In this document: positions 52,940 to 64,000 of the stretch, piece after piece | Layout of the letters: each line of letters begins with the position of its first letter | Position numbering within the stretch: the stretch's first letter is position 1 | Source: Octopus sinensis | Taxonomy: Eukaryota | NCBI RefSeq assembly: GCF_006345805.1 | Contig: NC_042998.1 | Coordinates: 42,532,001-42,596,000 of the forward strand | Reading direction: 5' to 3' | Length of the DNA: 64,000 bases | Notes under the pieces: model-generated | Databases searched by the model: none | What the model saw: the letters and a program-made list of their open reading frames with translations, nothing else | Told to the model about the DNA's origin: nothing | Program-made: the position numbers and the translations under genes

Positions 52940-53059
52940 CTGGATATATTAATCTGATGGTATATATAAAATGTCAGCTAAAAAGTATATATATATATAT
53001 ATATATATATATACTTTTTAGCAGACATTTTATACATACCATCAGATTAATATATCCAG
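52940..53059. repeat. 120-bp near-perfect palindrome centred on (TA)n
   Basis: CTGGATATATTAATCTGATGGTATATATAAAATGTCAGCTAAAAAG-(TA)n-reverse complement, 2 mismatches. Confidence 0.9.
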
Positions 53060-53170
53060 CCTAACATAAAATATTTTCTTAGCAGGATTCATAAGAAAAT
53101 ACAAAAATAAGTATTTTGATTACTTGTTAACAATTATGTCATAGGTTTATTTTGAAATAATACCCCATTG

Positions 53171-53608
53171 TTAGTTAATATAATGTTCATCTCTTGATTT
53201 ACGTATTATCACGGGCCAGAAAATAACAAGTATAATGGTAACTAAAGTAATAGAAATACCCGTAACACTGACAATCATTGACAATCGGCCTTTATATCGG
53301 CCTCCTTCGAAATTACCGGCCTCAAATTCTTTGTTCGATTTTATTGATAATAATACAGCGATAACACCAAATGGTAAGTTGAAGCAAATGAGAACAACTA
53401 CTGCTAGGCCGATGTAATTTGTGGTCCGCGGTGGTAAGGGTTGACTCAGTGTGCAATTATCAGGCTGTGTTATAATAACTCGGCCACATTTCTGATCTGA
53501 TATTTTCAATGATGTGTAGTGGACCGAGTTTGAACGAACTGGCGTGACACGATACTTCTGGCATGCGATGTTAACTTCATCTGTCGTTGGGGAGGAATAA
53601 CACAACAT
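53171..53608 (-). CDS. CD225/dispanin family membrane protein (IFITM/PRRT/SynDIG-like), 145 aa, single coding exon
   Basis: PPRTTNYIGLAVVVLICFNLPFGVIAVLLSIKSNKEFEAGNFEGGRYKGRLSMIVSVTGISITLVTIILVIFW matches the CD225 pattern; CCGCCATG start with in-frame upstream TAA; acceptor at 53752; AATAAA at 53146-53151. Confidence 0.85.
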   Translation of the reverse strand: MLCYSSPTTDEVNIACQKYRVTPVRSNSVHYTSLKISDQKCGRVIITQPDNCTLSQPLPPRTTNYIGLAVVVLICFNLPFGVIAVLLSIKSNKEFEAGNFEGGRYKGRLSMIVSVTGISITLVTIILVIFWPVIIRKSRDEHYIN

Positions 53609-56600
53609 GGCGGAAAATGTATCCTTGCGTATTTAAACAGTGGAGAATAATTGGTGGTAATGTTTGACCGCGATGCAGGTTGGTCATTCACTTGGTAGAC
53701 GAATTTGATGATTCCAGTATTATTATGATCAAGCTATACTACATTGTATACCTGTAAGAGATAAATAATAAACGTTTTTAAAAAAGTTGACACCAAACGG
53801 GCACATAACTTCATATATGGAGAATGAGAAATTCATTTTTTTTAAATAAAAATGCTATTCTGTTATTTCAACATATTTCGAGATTCATCATTATTATCTA
53901 ATTTATTTTGTGTTCGCAGTATTATAGTTCTGCTCCTCTGACTGCCTGACCTTTAGCAGCCGTGGTGCTCTATAAATGCAGTCATTCATTTCATTTATTC
54001 TCAGCCACTGAAAAAATAAAAATAGTAATTAGTAATTAGATATTTCTGTTGAAAGACAATGAAAAAATTCTCAGATATTAACTGGTAATCCATATTCATT
54101 TGAGTTTGGATTTCAAATTGATAGTCGGTCTCATTATTCTGCACTACCCAAAAATTAGAATTATACCAGAGCAATATAAAATATTTTGTTGGTAAAGAAG
54201 AAAAAAATATTTCTAAAATAGCTTCTAAAATAAAATATTTCTAAAACTTTGTTTTAGAGGTCCATGGTGACCAAACCAATGGATGTCAACCAATACACTG
54301 TGTGATGGATATTTCGTTTTCTGTCACTAATGTTGTGCTGTATTCATATCATAATCTAGACCCATTGGCCCAAACAATTGTGGTATGAAAGGATGTAATT
54401 GTGGATGGAGTTCATTGTTAAAATATAGTTTTACAGTTACCTCATTGAAGAATCAGTTTGACCATTCAAGAACACAAAAAACAGTTACGATAACTTTTGC
54501 AGATTTCTTCATAATATTAGCTACTGTGAAGTTTCAGTAATCAGAAAGCAGACATTTCTATTAAGAAATAAACGAACGTGAATAAAATAGTTTTTTTTCA
54601 TGACTTTTTCACGTTCTAATTGTTTCGGTCTTGACACAAAGCTCCAGATCAAGTCACTTATCAAACAAATACAACTCTAAAACTATTTATTTTTTAGGTC
54701 TGAGTTAAAATCGCTTCATGAAGATGCTGGACATCTTGAGAATTCATTTCATCACGTTTCGATTGGAATAACAAATTTTAATATATAAATATTCTAAAAG
54801 CTTCAATTAGTCTTCTGGTTATCAATAAGCGTTAATTTGAATAGGTGAAAATGTATTGTGAAAATGTATTTAAAGGAAGATATCTTGCTTGCAGCGTATT
54901 GAATGCAGACGTTTCCGATTTTTGTTTCATCTGCTTGAAAATTTGAAGTGTTGCTAAATGTAAAATAGTGTAGGTGTGCATTTATGGAGAACCTTTCAAA
55001 ATTCTCAAACGTATAATCTTTTTATAAATACCAACCAAATATTAATCGATACATCTTTTACGAGAGAGTGAGTTAAAAATACAAAAGTATGTGAAATATG
55101 CAATCAGATGTGAAGAGTAACTTCTTTTACGTTTAGAAGTCTCTGAAATATAAAAAAATAGAGAATGGATTTATTTTTGTAATTATTCAGTAAAAAAATT
55201 AACAGCAGTATAACTATTAATAACCCCAAAAGATCAAGAAATCTGAACAGTAGTGCATATTGTTTCAATTTTAATCGGATAGGGGTTGATAACGTGATTG
55301 TCTACAAAGCTAGTTGTAGGAAATGGAGCGTAAAATGGATTTAGAATGTACTTGAATGGGTTCGGAACATCCAGCACACACAGGAATAAGTTACAAGCGG
55401 AATTTGTAATAACTTATTCAATCCTTATACTATCAAGGTCTGGTTATTCGGATTAAGAAAGCTATAAAGCAGTTTTAATGACTTATTGGAAGAGGAAGTG
55501 TACCATTACCATTTGCATACACTGGTGAACTAGTTACGGTGAATGCCTTTAATATTTGTCTTAAACTTCTGAAGGTTCATGCGCATAGGGAAAAGAAGGT
55601 AAAAAAAATGTGTTCCATTATGATGTGGATCTGAGCACGAAGGAATGAAATATGTGTATAACGAGAAAAAATAGGGATGTCAAAGGCAACGAGTGGACCA
55701 GAATGAAAATGGTGTATAGAATAGAAATGGAGCGAGGAAATGGACGTCTCCAGGAAATACGTTTTGTGTTAAGGAATTCTACATTTATGGCAAGATTTAC
55801 AGAAACGCAAACCAGCCATAACAGGATGTGCACATACGTGTGTGTGTATGGGCGCGCGCGTATTTAAAAATAATTGAAAAGTTGGCATTTAAAATTTCAC
55901 ATTTTGCATTGTCAATGTACATTTGGTATGTATTTTTTTGTCTGTATATTTGTGCGTATATGTGTGTTCTTATGTAATCATTCGAAAATAGGACGATTTT
56001 TTAAAATCATATAATTTGGTCGGACTGAATTGGTCTAGAGGATTTAGATGAAAGTATGTCAAATAAATATGTTAAAAAGAAATCGATATGTGATTTGTAA
56101 GGCTTTTATCTTGAGCAATATATGTACAAGGAGAATTTTTGTTGGCACAGCAGAGCATTATACAGAGATTCAAGCATGAAGAGAAATCTGAAGCGAAAAG
56201 GCTGTACAAAAATTATCTATGATCCTTTTTTAGAGACAAAGAAAAAAAAAGGTGACAATGTAATAATATTTTAGCTTTTATGTGTAAATGTGATTCTGGT
56301 AATAAAATAATACAAAGAGGTAACAGGATAACGCCGTTAGTAGGATGGTGAGAGGAGGTGCTATGCTAAAAGAAGTTAAGCTAAGTTAGGAAGAATGAAG
56401 GACAGGATGAACGAACTGGCAGAAGAAAGTGATAATTGAGAAGTTAGCAGTTAGCGATGGGGAAACCAAAAGCTAAGAATGAAAGATGACAGAATTGAAC
56501 AATGATGAAAACACGATGGAAAATATATTAAAAAATGACAAAATGAAATAATGAAAAAATGAAAAGATGACGAGAAGCTGAGGTAGTTTGAAAGGTTTTG

Positions 56601-56744
56601 ATAGATTTTAATAGATGATATGAATAGTGAACAGTGAATAGGCCCTTGGAAATCTTCCTTTGAATTTTTGAAAACCTTCGTTTGAAAGTTTTTCCTTTTA
56701 ATTTTTCAAAAGTTCAACAGTTTAAAAGGTCTAATGGTTTTTTT

Positions 56745-56778
<34 letters not shown>

Positions 56779-56819
56779 TAGATGCATGCATGCATACATA
56801 CATACATACATAGTGGGGA

Positions 56820-57390
56820 ACTACTGGTCGCGTGTGTTAGTTCTTGGGTTAATGGGTGAAGTGAGCGCTTTCGGATCTATAAACTTTCATCAGGCGTTCC
56901 ATGGTGGTTGTTACTGCTGCCGTTGGTTAGAGGTTCCGTAGGCGGTAAATGAACTTCCAGCCGTCAAGTTCATTTCGGCGGTTGAGGCTGGGCGCTTTCT
57001 TCTTGATGAAATGTGCCTCCTTTATTCGTAAGTTGACTGCATTTGTTTCCCTGACCAATATCCGGGTGGAGAACTCCCCATTGCAGTGATGGTGGTGTTG
57101 GAATACGGCGCTGGGTGTTGTAGCTCTGTGAAGATGCTCTTTCACTCTAACGTGAAGCTGCCGTTTAGTCGGTCCAATATATTTTTCTCCACAAGTACAC
57201 ATCATCTCGTATTTCACGTGAGTTTGAAAACAAAAGCCGGGCGCTGTCCGTTGGCTGTTTGGCTTTGATGGGCATTGGTTCAGGCAGTATGTGTTCTGGA
57301 AGAGGTACTGTCTGAGGGTGTGGCCCCTCCTCGTGATTCTGACGTCATTCCTTAGTTTGTTTTCCGTAGTACGGAAGGTTGACATATGTC
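56820..57390 (-). mobile_element. second Penelope-like element 3' fragment (GIY-YIG + 3'UTR)
   Basis: KYEMMCTCGEKYIGPTKRQLHVRVKEH..SAVFQH..RIKEAHFIKKKAPSLN; degenerate hammerhead downstream. Confidence 0.85.
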
Positions 57391-57769
57391 CATTTAATAT
57401 CTTTCGGTTTTTCTCTTTCTCTTTCTCTTTGTCTACTTACCGCTATCCTTTCGTCGTTGTCGAAGTTGCTGTTGTTGTTCTTCTTCCAATCAGGACTCAC
57501 ACCATTAGCCACAAAGAATAATCTCTAATTCGAGCCTACTCTAATCTACTAAGAATGCGTGTGGCAACTTGAAGATCCACCCGCCACACGCGATAGACTG
57601 GCGGTTGCAAGGGCACGAAAGCTACGTTGTTATCCTCATTCCGTAAACGGTGGCTTTTAACGGGTGGAGAGCTGAACCATCATGGGGTACAGAGGATTCG
57701 CAATCTAGACTAGGGTCTGAAATTTTACCACACCATAGTGGGCTACACCATGGTTCCTCTGCTTTGTGG

Positions 57770-57962
57770 CAGATGTAGGAAGAAAGAGTGAGAGAAAGTT
57801 GTGGTGAAAGAGTACAGCGGGGTTAACCCCCACCCAGCCAGAGCATCGTGGAGCTTAGGTGCTTTTGCTCAATAAACACTCACAATGCCCGGTCTGGGAA
57901 TCGAAACTGCGTTCTTACGACCGCGAGTCCGCTGCCCTAACCACTGGGCCATTGCACCTCTA
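57770..57962 (-). mobile_element. SINE family D
   Basis: Homology to 14365-14668. Confidence 0.8.
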
Positions 57963-58235
57963 CTAGTTGCTGTTGTTGGTGTTGTTGCTGTTGTCGCAGT
58001 GACTATTGTTATCGTTCTTGTTGCTGTGATAGTGATTGTTGGGGTTCCTGTTGTTGTTGTTGTTGCTGTTGTTGTTGTTGTTGGTGTTGTTGTTATAGCC
58101 ACTGTGGTTGTTGCTTTGGCCTTCGCTGTTGCCGCTGCCGTTGTTGCTGTCGTTGTTATTCATCTTGTTCTGTATCCTCTTCTTCGTCTCGCTGCTGCTG
58201 CTGCTGCTGCTGTTGTTGTTATTGTTGTTTGCAGA
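57963..58235. repeat. (GTT/GCT) trinucleotide mosaic
   Basis: Direct reading. Confidence 0.95.
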
Positions 58236-58384
58236 ATCACCTCCATCGACGTTGTTTCATGTTTTTAATGTTCTTTGAAGGAAAACACTTTAGAAAAAAG
58301 AGAATTGATATGAGTTTCTGTAAACCATATTTGTAATTTCAAGAGGATCGAATTTTTGATGAGAAATTTCTTACTTATATAATT

Positions 58385-58438
<54 letters not shown>

Positions 58439-58555
58439 AAAAAAAGTTCTAACCCTTTTGATACCAACTCGTCTGAAAATGCCCCTTGTTTAATGGTCCA
58501 AACTCCCTGTTTTAAAGGGATCTAAATTAAAACCTTCCATCAAAACTCCATAATT

Positions 58556-58978
58556 TATGTTCCATGTACTTGGCATCGAGAGTTACACAAATACTAGAAC
58601 TGGGCGCCACTGCATAGTGCCAAGGACTCTAAATTTGCCATCAAGATGTAGGACAAGATACTGCGATACCCTGGGCTTCAGAGGTCCACAGCTCTTCAAT
58701 ATCCTGCCGAAGGACCTGAGAGACCTGCATGGGGTGGATGCGGATGCGGATGCTTTAAAATAAAGCTGGACCTCTTCCTATCAGGTGTCCCAGATGAACC
58801 AACTTTACGGCAGGAGGTGCAGACGAGGACAGCTGCATCAAACTCTCTCATGCACCAAATGTCAATTGCTAAAAAGCATTCGTAAAGTAAAATTATGTAG
58901 CAACACCGAATGGCGGTGCCCCAGCATGGTCACAGCTCGTGAGCTGAAACTAGATGAAAATGAAAAATGAAATGAAAT
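58556..58978 (+). mobile_element. CR1/L2-group LINE 3' end with (AAATG)-like tail
   Basis: GRHC..RTRYC.TL.FRGPQLFNILPK.LR..KLDLFLS.VPDEP..AASNSL. Confidence 0.8.
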
Positions 58979-59340
58979 ACTAGCTTAACGACAAAAGTTA
59001 TTTCAACAATATGCTCACAAAAGGGTTAATTTTCGGTTTTTGACGAAATTATTTAAAATACATTTTGAGATATTTTTATGTATTATTTCAAAACGTTAGA
59101 ATTTTCAATCGTCTTTGGATTTAATATTGGAAGAGACGACGTCAAACCAATTTATACAGAAGTCAATATGTTGATAAATTTACTTCGGCATATTTCCGGT
59201 ATTAATTTTATCGACATGATATTGATGTAAGCCAAAATGAAACCTGGAAACTAAAGAGATGCGACTCTTAAAATGCATTTATTTTGGTAATCTATTGTTA
59301 CTGCCAACTGGTCGCCCTTTTTAAAAGATATATCTTCTAT

Positions 59341-59569
59341 TTTACTCTTTTACTCTCTTACTTGTTTCAGTCATTTGACTGTGGCCATGCTGGAGCACCG
59401 CCTTTAGTCGAGCAAATCGACCCCAGGACTTATTCTTTGTAAGCCTAGTACTTATTATATCGGTCTCTTTTGCCGAACCGCTAAATACGGGGATATAAAC
59501 ACACCAGCATCGGTTGTCAAGCGATGTTGGGGGGCAAACAAAGACACACAAACATATACACTCACACAT

Positions 59570-59600
<31 letters not shown>

Positions 59601-59765
59601 TACATATATACGACAGGCTTCTTTCAGATTCCGTCTACCAAATCCACTCACAAGGCTTTGGTCGGCCTGAGGCTATAGTAGAAGACACTTGCCCAAGGTT
59701 CCACGCAGTGGGACTGAATCCGGAACCATGTGGTTCGTAAGGAAGCTACTTACCATACAGCCACT
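59341..59765 (-). mobile_element. SINE family A, full length
   Basis: Same head and tail as other copies. Confidence 0.9.
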
Positions 59766-60152
59766 ATATTTTAAATATTAGTCTAACATTTTTGTCATAA
59801 AACGTTAAAAATATTTTCCTTATTTCTAGGAAGGGGTGTACAATTTTTTAGGAGAGGAAAATAAGTAAAGTGTTATTCACGCCTTTCTGAAAGTATTAGA
59901 GGCGCGAGTGAGCTGAAACCAATTATTGCAGACAGCAATTGAAACTGCATTGCTATCTTGGCTCGTTTGGAACGTGTCGCGACAACCACCCAGATTTATT
60001 CATACTTTTTGAAATAGTTCCCTCTCGGTTCGTCGCGCACGTGATTAGTGTACCCTTATCTATCGGGTACTCACAATGGGTATATTGGACTTCATATATT
60101 TGTATCCCAGTGTCACTTAAAATACATGCATTGCTCTCTCTCTCTCTCTCTC

Positions 60153-60198
<46 letters not shown>

Positions 60199-60199
<1 letters not shown>

Positions 60200-60944
60200 A
60201 ACAAAATGAAACCATTGATCATGTTGTCTCCAAGTGCAGTCATCTAGCGCCTACAGAATATCTCAACAGGCATGATAGAGCTGCACAATATATTCACAGG
60301 GTAATCTGCAAAAACCTGGATTTGCCCCATGAAAAAAACTGGTGGGAACACAAACCACCTCCAGTGCTTGAAAATGACCACATTTCACTCCTCTGGAACT
60401 TCCCCATTCAAACTGTCAGAAAGATAGATGCAAATAAGCCAGACATCATAGTGAAAGACTTCAAACAAAGAACATGCCTCCTCATTGATATGACTGTCCC
60501 AATCGATATAAACGTATCTGTCAAGACCTACCAAAAACTGAGCAAATATAAAGATCTTAAAATAGAAATCAGCAAAATGTGGAACCTGAAGAAAAAACAA
60601 TACCTGTTGTCATAGGTGCCCTGGGAATGATAGCAAAAGGGGCTGATCGCTACCTAACTCAGATACCAGGAAACCCCAAAATGGCAGAAATTCAAAAGAT
60701 AGTGCTCATGGGAACTGCTCAAATCCTACGCAAAATACTTTCTATGTAATCTCAAGTTTTAAAACAAACATAATTTTGGTTTTTTTTGTTTGTTTTGACA
60801 TTCACTAGTACAACACAAAATACAAAACCAAATATAGGGCACACTAGGCATAACAACATCACGAACTTCCAACCTGTTGTCTCTTGAGGTCTCTGGATGA
60901 GACTTGGAGCCAACTTGTACAAATATAAAGCAAAAGTCAAACAT

Positions 60945-60945
<1 letters not shown>
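60199..60945 (+). mobile_element. Dong/R4-clade retrotransposon 3' end inserted in (TAA)n
   Basis: ETIDHVVSKC..RHDRAA..NKPDIIV..LIDMTVP..KLSKYKDL..VIGALG..ILRKILSM*; (AAT)n on both flanks. Confidence 0.9.
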
Positions 60946-61004
<59 letters not shown>

Positions 61005-61249
61005 GTTGTTTCTAATTTAGACACAAGGTCAGAAATCGGAGCATGCGAGTTAGGTGATTAAATGAGCACCAATAATTAACTGGTACTTTATTTTATCGAC
61101 ATCCGAAAAAACGGAAGAAAAAAGATGGAAGACAAAACAAGCGGATTATAGCAACAAAAACGACGACGACGACGACAACGACGACGAGATGACAACGATG
61201 ATGATGATGGTTTCTATTTGAGGAGGCTCTTTAGTCACTGTACTCTATT

Positions 61250-62720
61250 CTGCTGCCTAGTTCTGACCCATTAACAAATCTACTGAATGATACCTATTAG
61301 CGTTTGAGTATGTTATGGACAAATTAATAAACATAATCTATGATAAGTGACTTGAAGCTATTTACAAGGGCAACACCAAAATGATGGACCTACTAAAAGT
61401 TGTTCATGAATTTCGCTAAGATATAAAATTAAGTAGACAAATATGCCTAAACTACAAGAAGAAGAAGCAAATTAACTAAAACCCGAAAACAATAAATTAG
61501 TTCCAGACAATAAAATCAGAGAATTAGAAGAAAAAAATCCATGCGCATACTGAGAAAGGAGATGAATTGATAAGATTATACACGCAGAAATGACGGGAAA
61601 AATTAGAAAAAGAATGCTTAAAAAGAATCAGATTAATACTAAAACTGAACGTAATGCAAGAAATATAAAATATATATCATACGATAAACACATTCGCCAG
61701 TTTAGTTATAAACTATTACGTCAATAGATTCATTGGAAATTAATTGAAATGTTTGGGCAAAAAACCCCCCAAAAAACTACGAACTAAGATGCAGGAGTGG
61801 CTGTGTACTGAGCAGCTTGCTTACCAACAACATGGTTCCGGGTTCAGTCCCACTGCGTGGCACCTTGGGCCGACCAAAGCCTTGTGAGTGGATTTGGTAG
61901 ACGGAAACTGAAAGAAGCCCGTCGTATATATGTATATATATATGTGTGTGTGTTTGTGTGTCTGTGTTTGCCCCCTCCCCCCAACATCGCTTCACAACCT
62001 ATGCTGGTGTGTTTACGTCCCCGTAACTTAGCGGCTCGGCAAAATAGACCGATAGAATAAGTACTAGGCTTACAAAGAATAAGTCCTGGGGTCGATTTGC
62101 TCGACTAAAGGCGGTGTTCCAGCATGGCCGCAGTCAAATGACTGAAACAAGTAAAAGAGTAAAAAAAGAGTTACTAACAGGATTCCGAAGTTGCCGCTTT
62201 AGAGCCAATATAGAAAAGATATACATATACCAAACATACTACGCGCACATGGAAAATGTGGCCTCATACAAATAGAGAACTGTTACAAAGTAACAGCAGT
62301 GGGACCATAAAAAATACTTAGAGACAAGCAAAGAGAAAAATTATTAGAGTTATAAGGGGTCATGAGGGAAAAACAATATACATTCTATATATAAGGGAAC
62401 CAATAAAATATAAGACAGAAACTATTTACACCGAAGAAAAACAGTTAGATAAGGAGAAAGCAAAAAAAATAGGTGGGGGGTTAAAAGAAAAGAAACCAAA
62501 TGTCAGAATCAAAACGGAATTCTAAAACATTATAAAGAATAAATGGAGAGAGACAATCAGTCAGAGTGAAATCAAATCTGGTTCAAAAGATCTGAGCTAA
62601 AGACAGAGAAGGAAATCCTTATTTTAGCTGCGCAGAATCAATGACTAACCACAAATAACTGTCAGAAGAAAAATAATGATGAACAAAAAAAGACTAACAT
62701 CAAGTGCGTAATATGTAATT
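61250..62720 (+). mobile_element. decayed Dong/R4 RT fragment interrupted by a + strand SINE family A (61791-62170)
   Basis: ..DLKL..M.DLLKVVHEF..DIK..DK and WFKRSELKTEKEILILAAQNQ remnants. Confidence 0.65.
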
Positions 62721-62769
62721 AGTACACCGATTTGTGTACTAGGTAGTGGATAGCGATTTTCTTCACTAC

Positions 62770-63120
62770 TTCAGGGAGTGACGACCCTGCTTGACACGAG
62801 TCCCGGGCTCAGCTGGCTCCGGCTGACAGCAACCTGTATGGGCCCCTATCCAGGGTTACGGAAAGGAGACAGCCTTCAAAGAAATCCGGAGTGGAGCCCC
62901 GTACGCGGTTTAGCGTTCAACTCAACACTCTTCCGGCAGCTCCTACAACCAAGCTGGTGCCAAACGTAATGCTTTGCACTCCTTTGGACTACATCAGCAA
63001 GGTCGAGAGAGGAATCCTGATGATTGGGCTACCTAGGATTTTCTTACATCTAGCCCACGCCTGCACAAAACTGGAGAGGAAACTGAAGAGGACATGAAAT
63101 GTAAAAACCAGACTGGATTA
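62770..63120 (+). mobile_element. probable RTE-type LINE 5'UTR fragment
   Basis: GC-rich island in AT-rich DNA resembling RTE 5' ends; no ORF support. Confidence 0.35.
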
Positions 63121-64000
63121 GTTTATGCGCAACTCCATTGTCTCCCGAGACAAAAGGATGCCAACAACAACAACACCCATTTGTGTAGAGTATGTGCTGC
63201 ATATGTTGTGTGTGTTATGAAAAAGTGTTATGTGAAGGGTTGTGCTATTAAATTGAAAGTATCTGATGCAGGATATGGGTTGTTGTTAGCAGAGGCATAT
63301 TTTGCCAGGTCCCAGATATTTCCACTGACTGGATCGACTCGGCATCTGTGGCCTTTGGCAATATGAAAACACTCCAACAAAAAAATGGATAGAAAGTGGT
63401 ACACTCATAAGATTAGGCTTGATGAAGAAACTGTCATAGTAGAAGGCTCTTGAAACTGAAATATGGACCATATAAGATACGGAAATTAAAATTCCACTAG
63501 TAATAATAATTGTAGCTAATGCTCCAATAAAAATGCCACAAAAATATAAATAAAATTTAAAAAATTAAAAAAAGTGCGAGGGTTCACAATTTTGCCTAGA
63601 GTACAAAAGTTAGCTCTGTTAGGCACAACCCAGATTCTACGTTGGGTGAATTCAATTCAATAGCACACCTCTGCTATGCATACTTTTTGCATAACACACA
63701 GAGCAAATATTCTGCACAAACTTCATTCAATACAATAACACAATTCACACAACACACACACTATAGAATAATCATCCAATTATATAAATATAGTATAACG
63801 CAGTATAATATAGCATAAGATAACGTACTCTACACAAGCACCACATAAGATAATACATTCCTACAAAGTGAAGATCCGATACTATAAATACTTCCTCCAT
63901 AGTGTCAACAATTCACAATCTACTTGAATACCATCCTGTCATTTATTACACTCTGGACAACGCACTCGGCAGTATTTCCTCATATATTTAATGCATTTTT

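Noticed and set aside
53960-54010. TATAAATG + TCATTC as a + strand promoter
   Set aside because: TATA-Inr spacing too short and no downstream + strand gene evident

Overview
AT-rich, microsatellite-dense eukaryotic DNA; the repeat content (tRNA-derived SINEs, RTE, Dong/R4, Penelope) suggests an octopus genome, which is an inference, not a database hit. Most listed ORFs are microsatellite or transposon artefacts. Two host genes are supportable: an intronless CD225/dispanin (IFITM/PRRT-like) CDS at 53171-53608 (-), and an unidentified minus-strand gene built from small, largely phase-consistent exons at about 1.4-20 kb, lying in a CpG-depleted domain that ends near 23-24 kb. The rest is nested mobile elements: SINEs, RTE, Dong/R4, HERO-like, Tx1/L1-like, CR1/L2-like, Tigger, hAT relics, two Penelope-like elements and a twice-present LTR-like element. 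The strongest theme is hammerhead ribozymes: two near-canonical minimal type I motifs in the inverted pseudo-LTRs of a Penelope element, degenerate motifs elsewhere, and a fold-back element that joins a tRNA-derived Pol III head to a hammerhead-like tail (candidate Penelope-mobilised ribozyme SINE). All calls were made by eye with no searches run.
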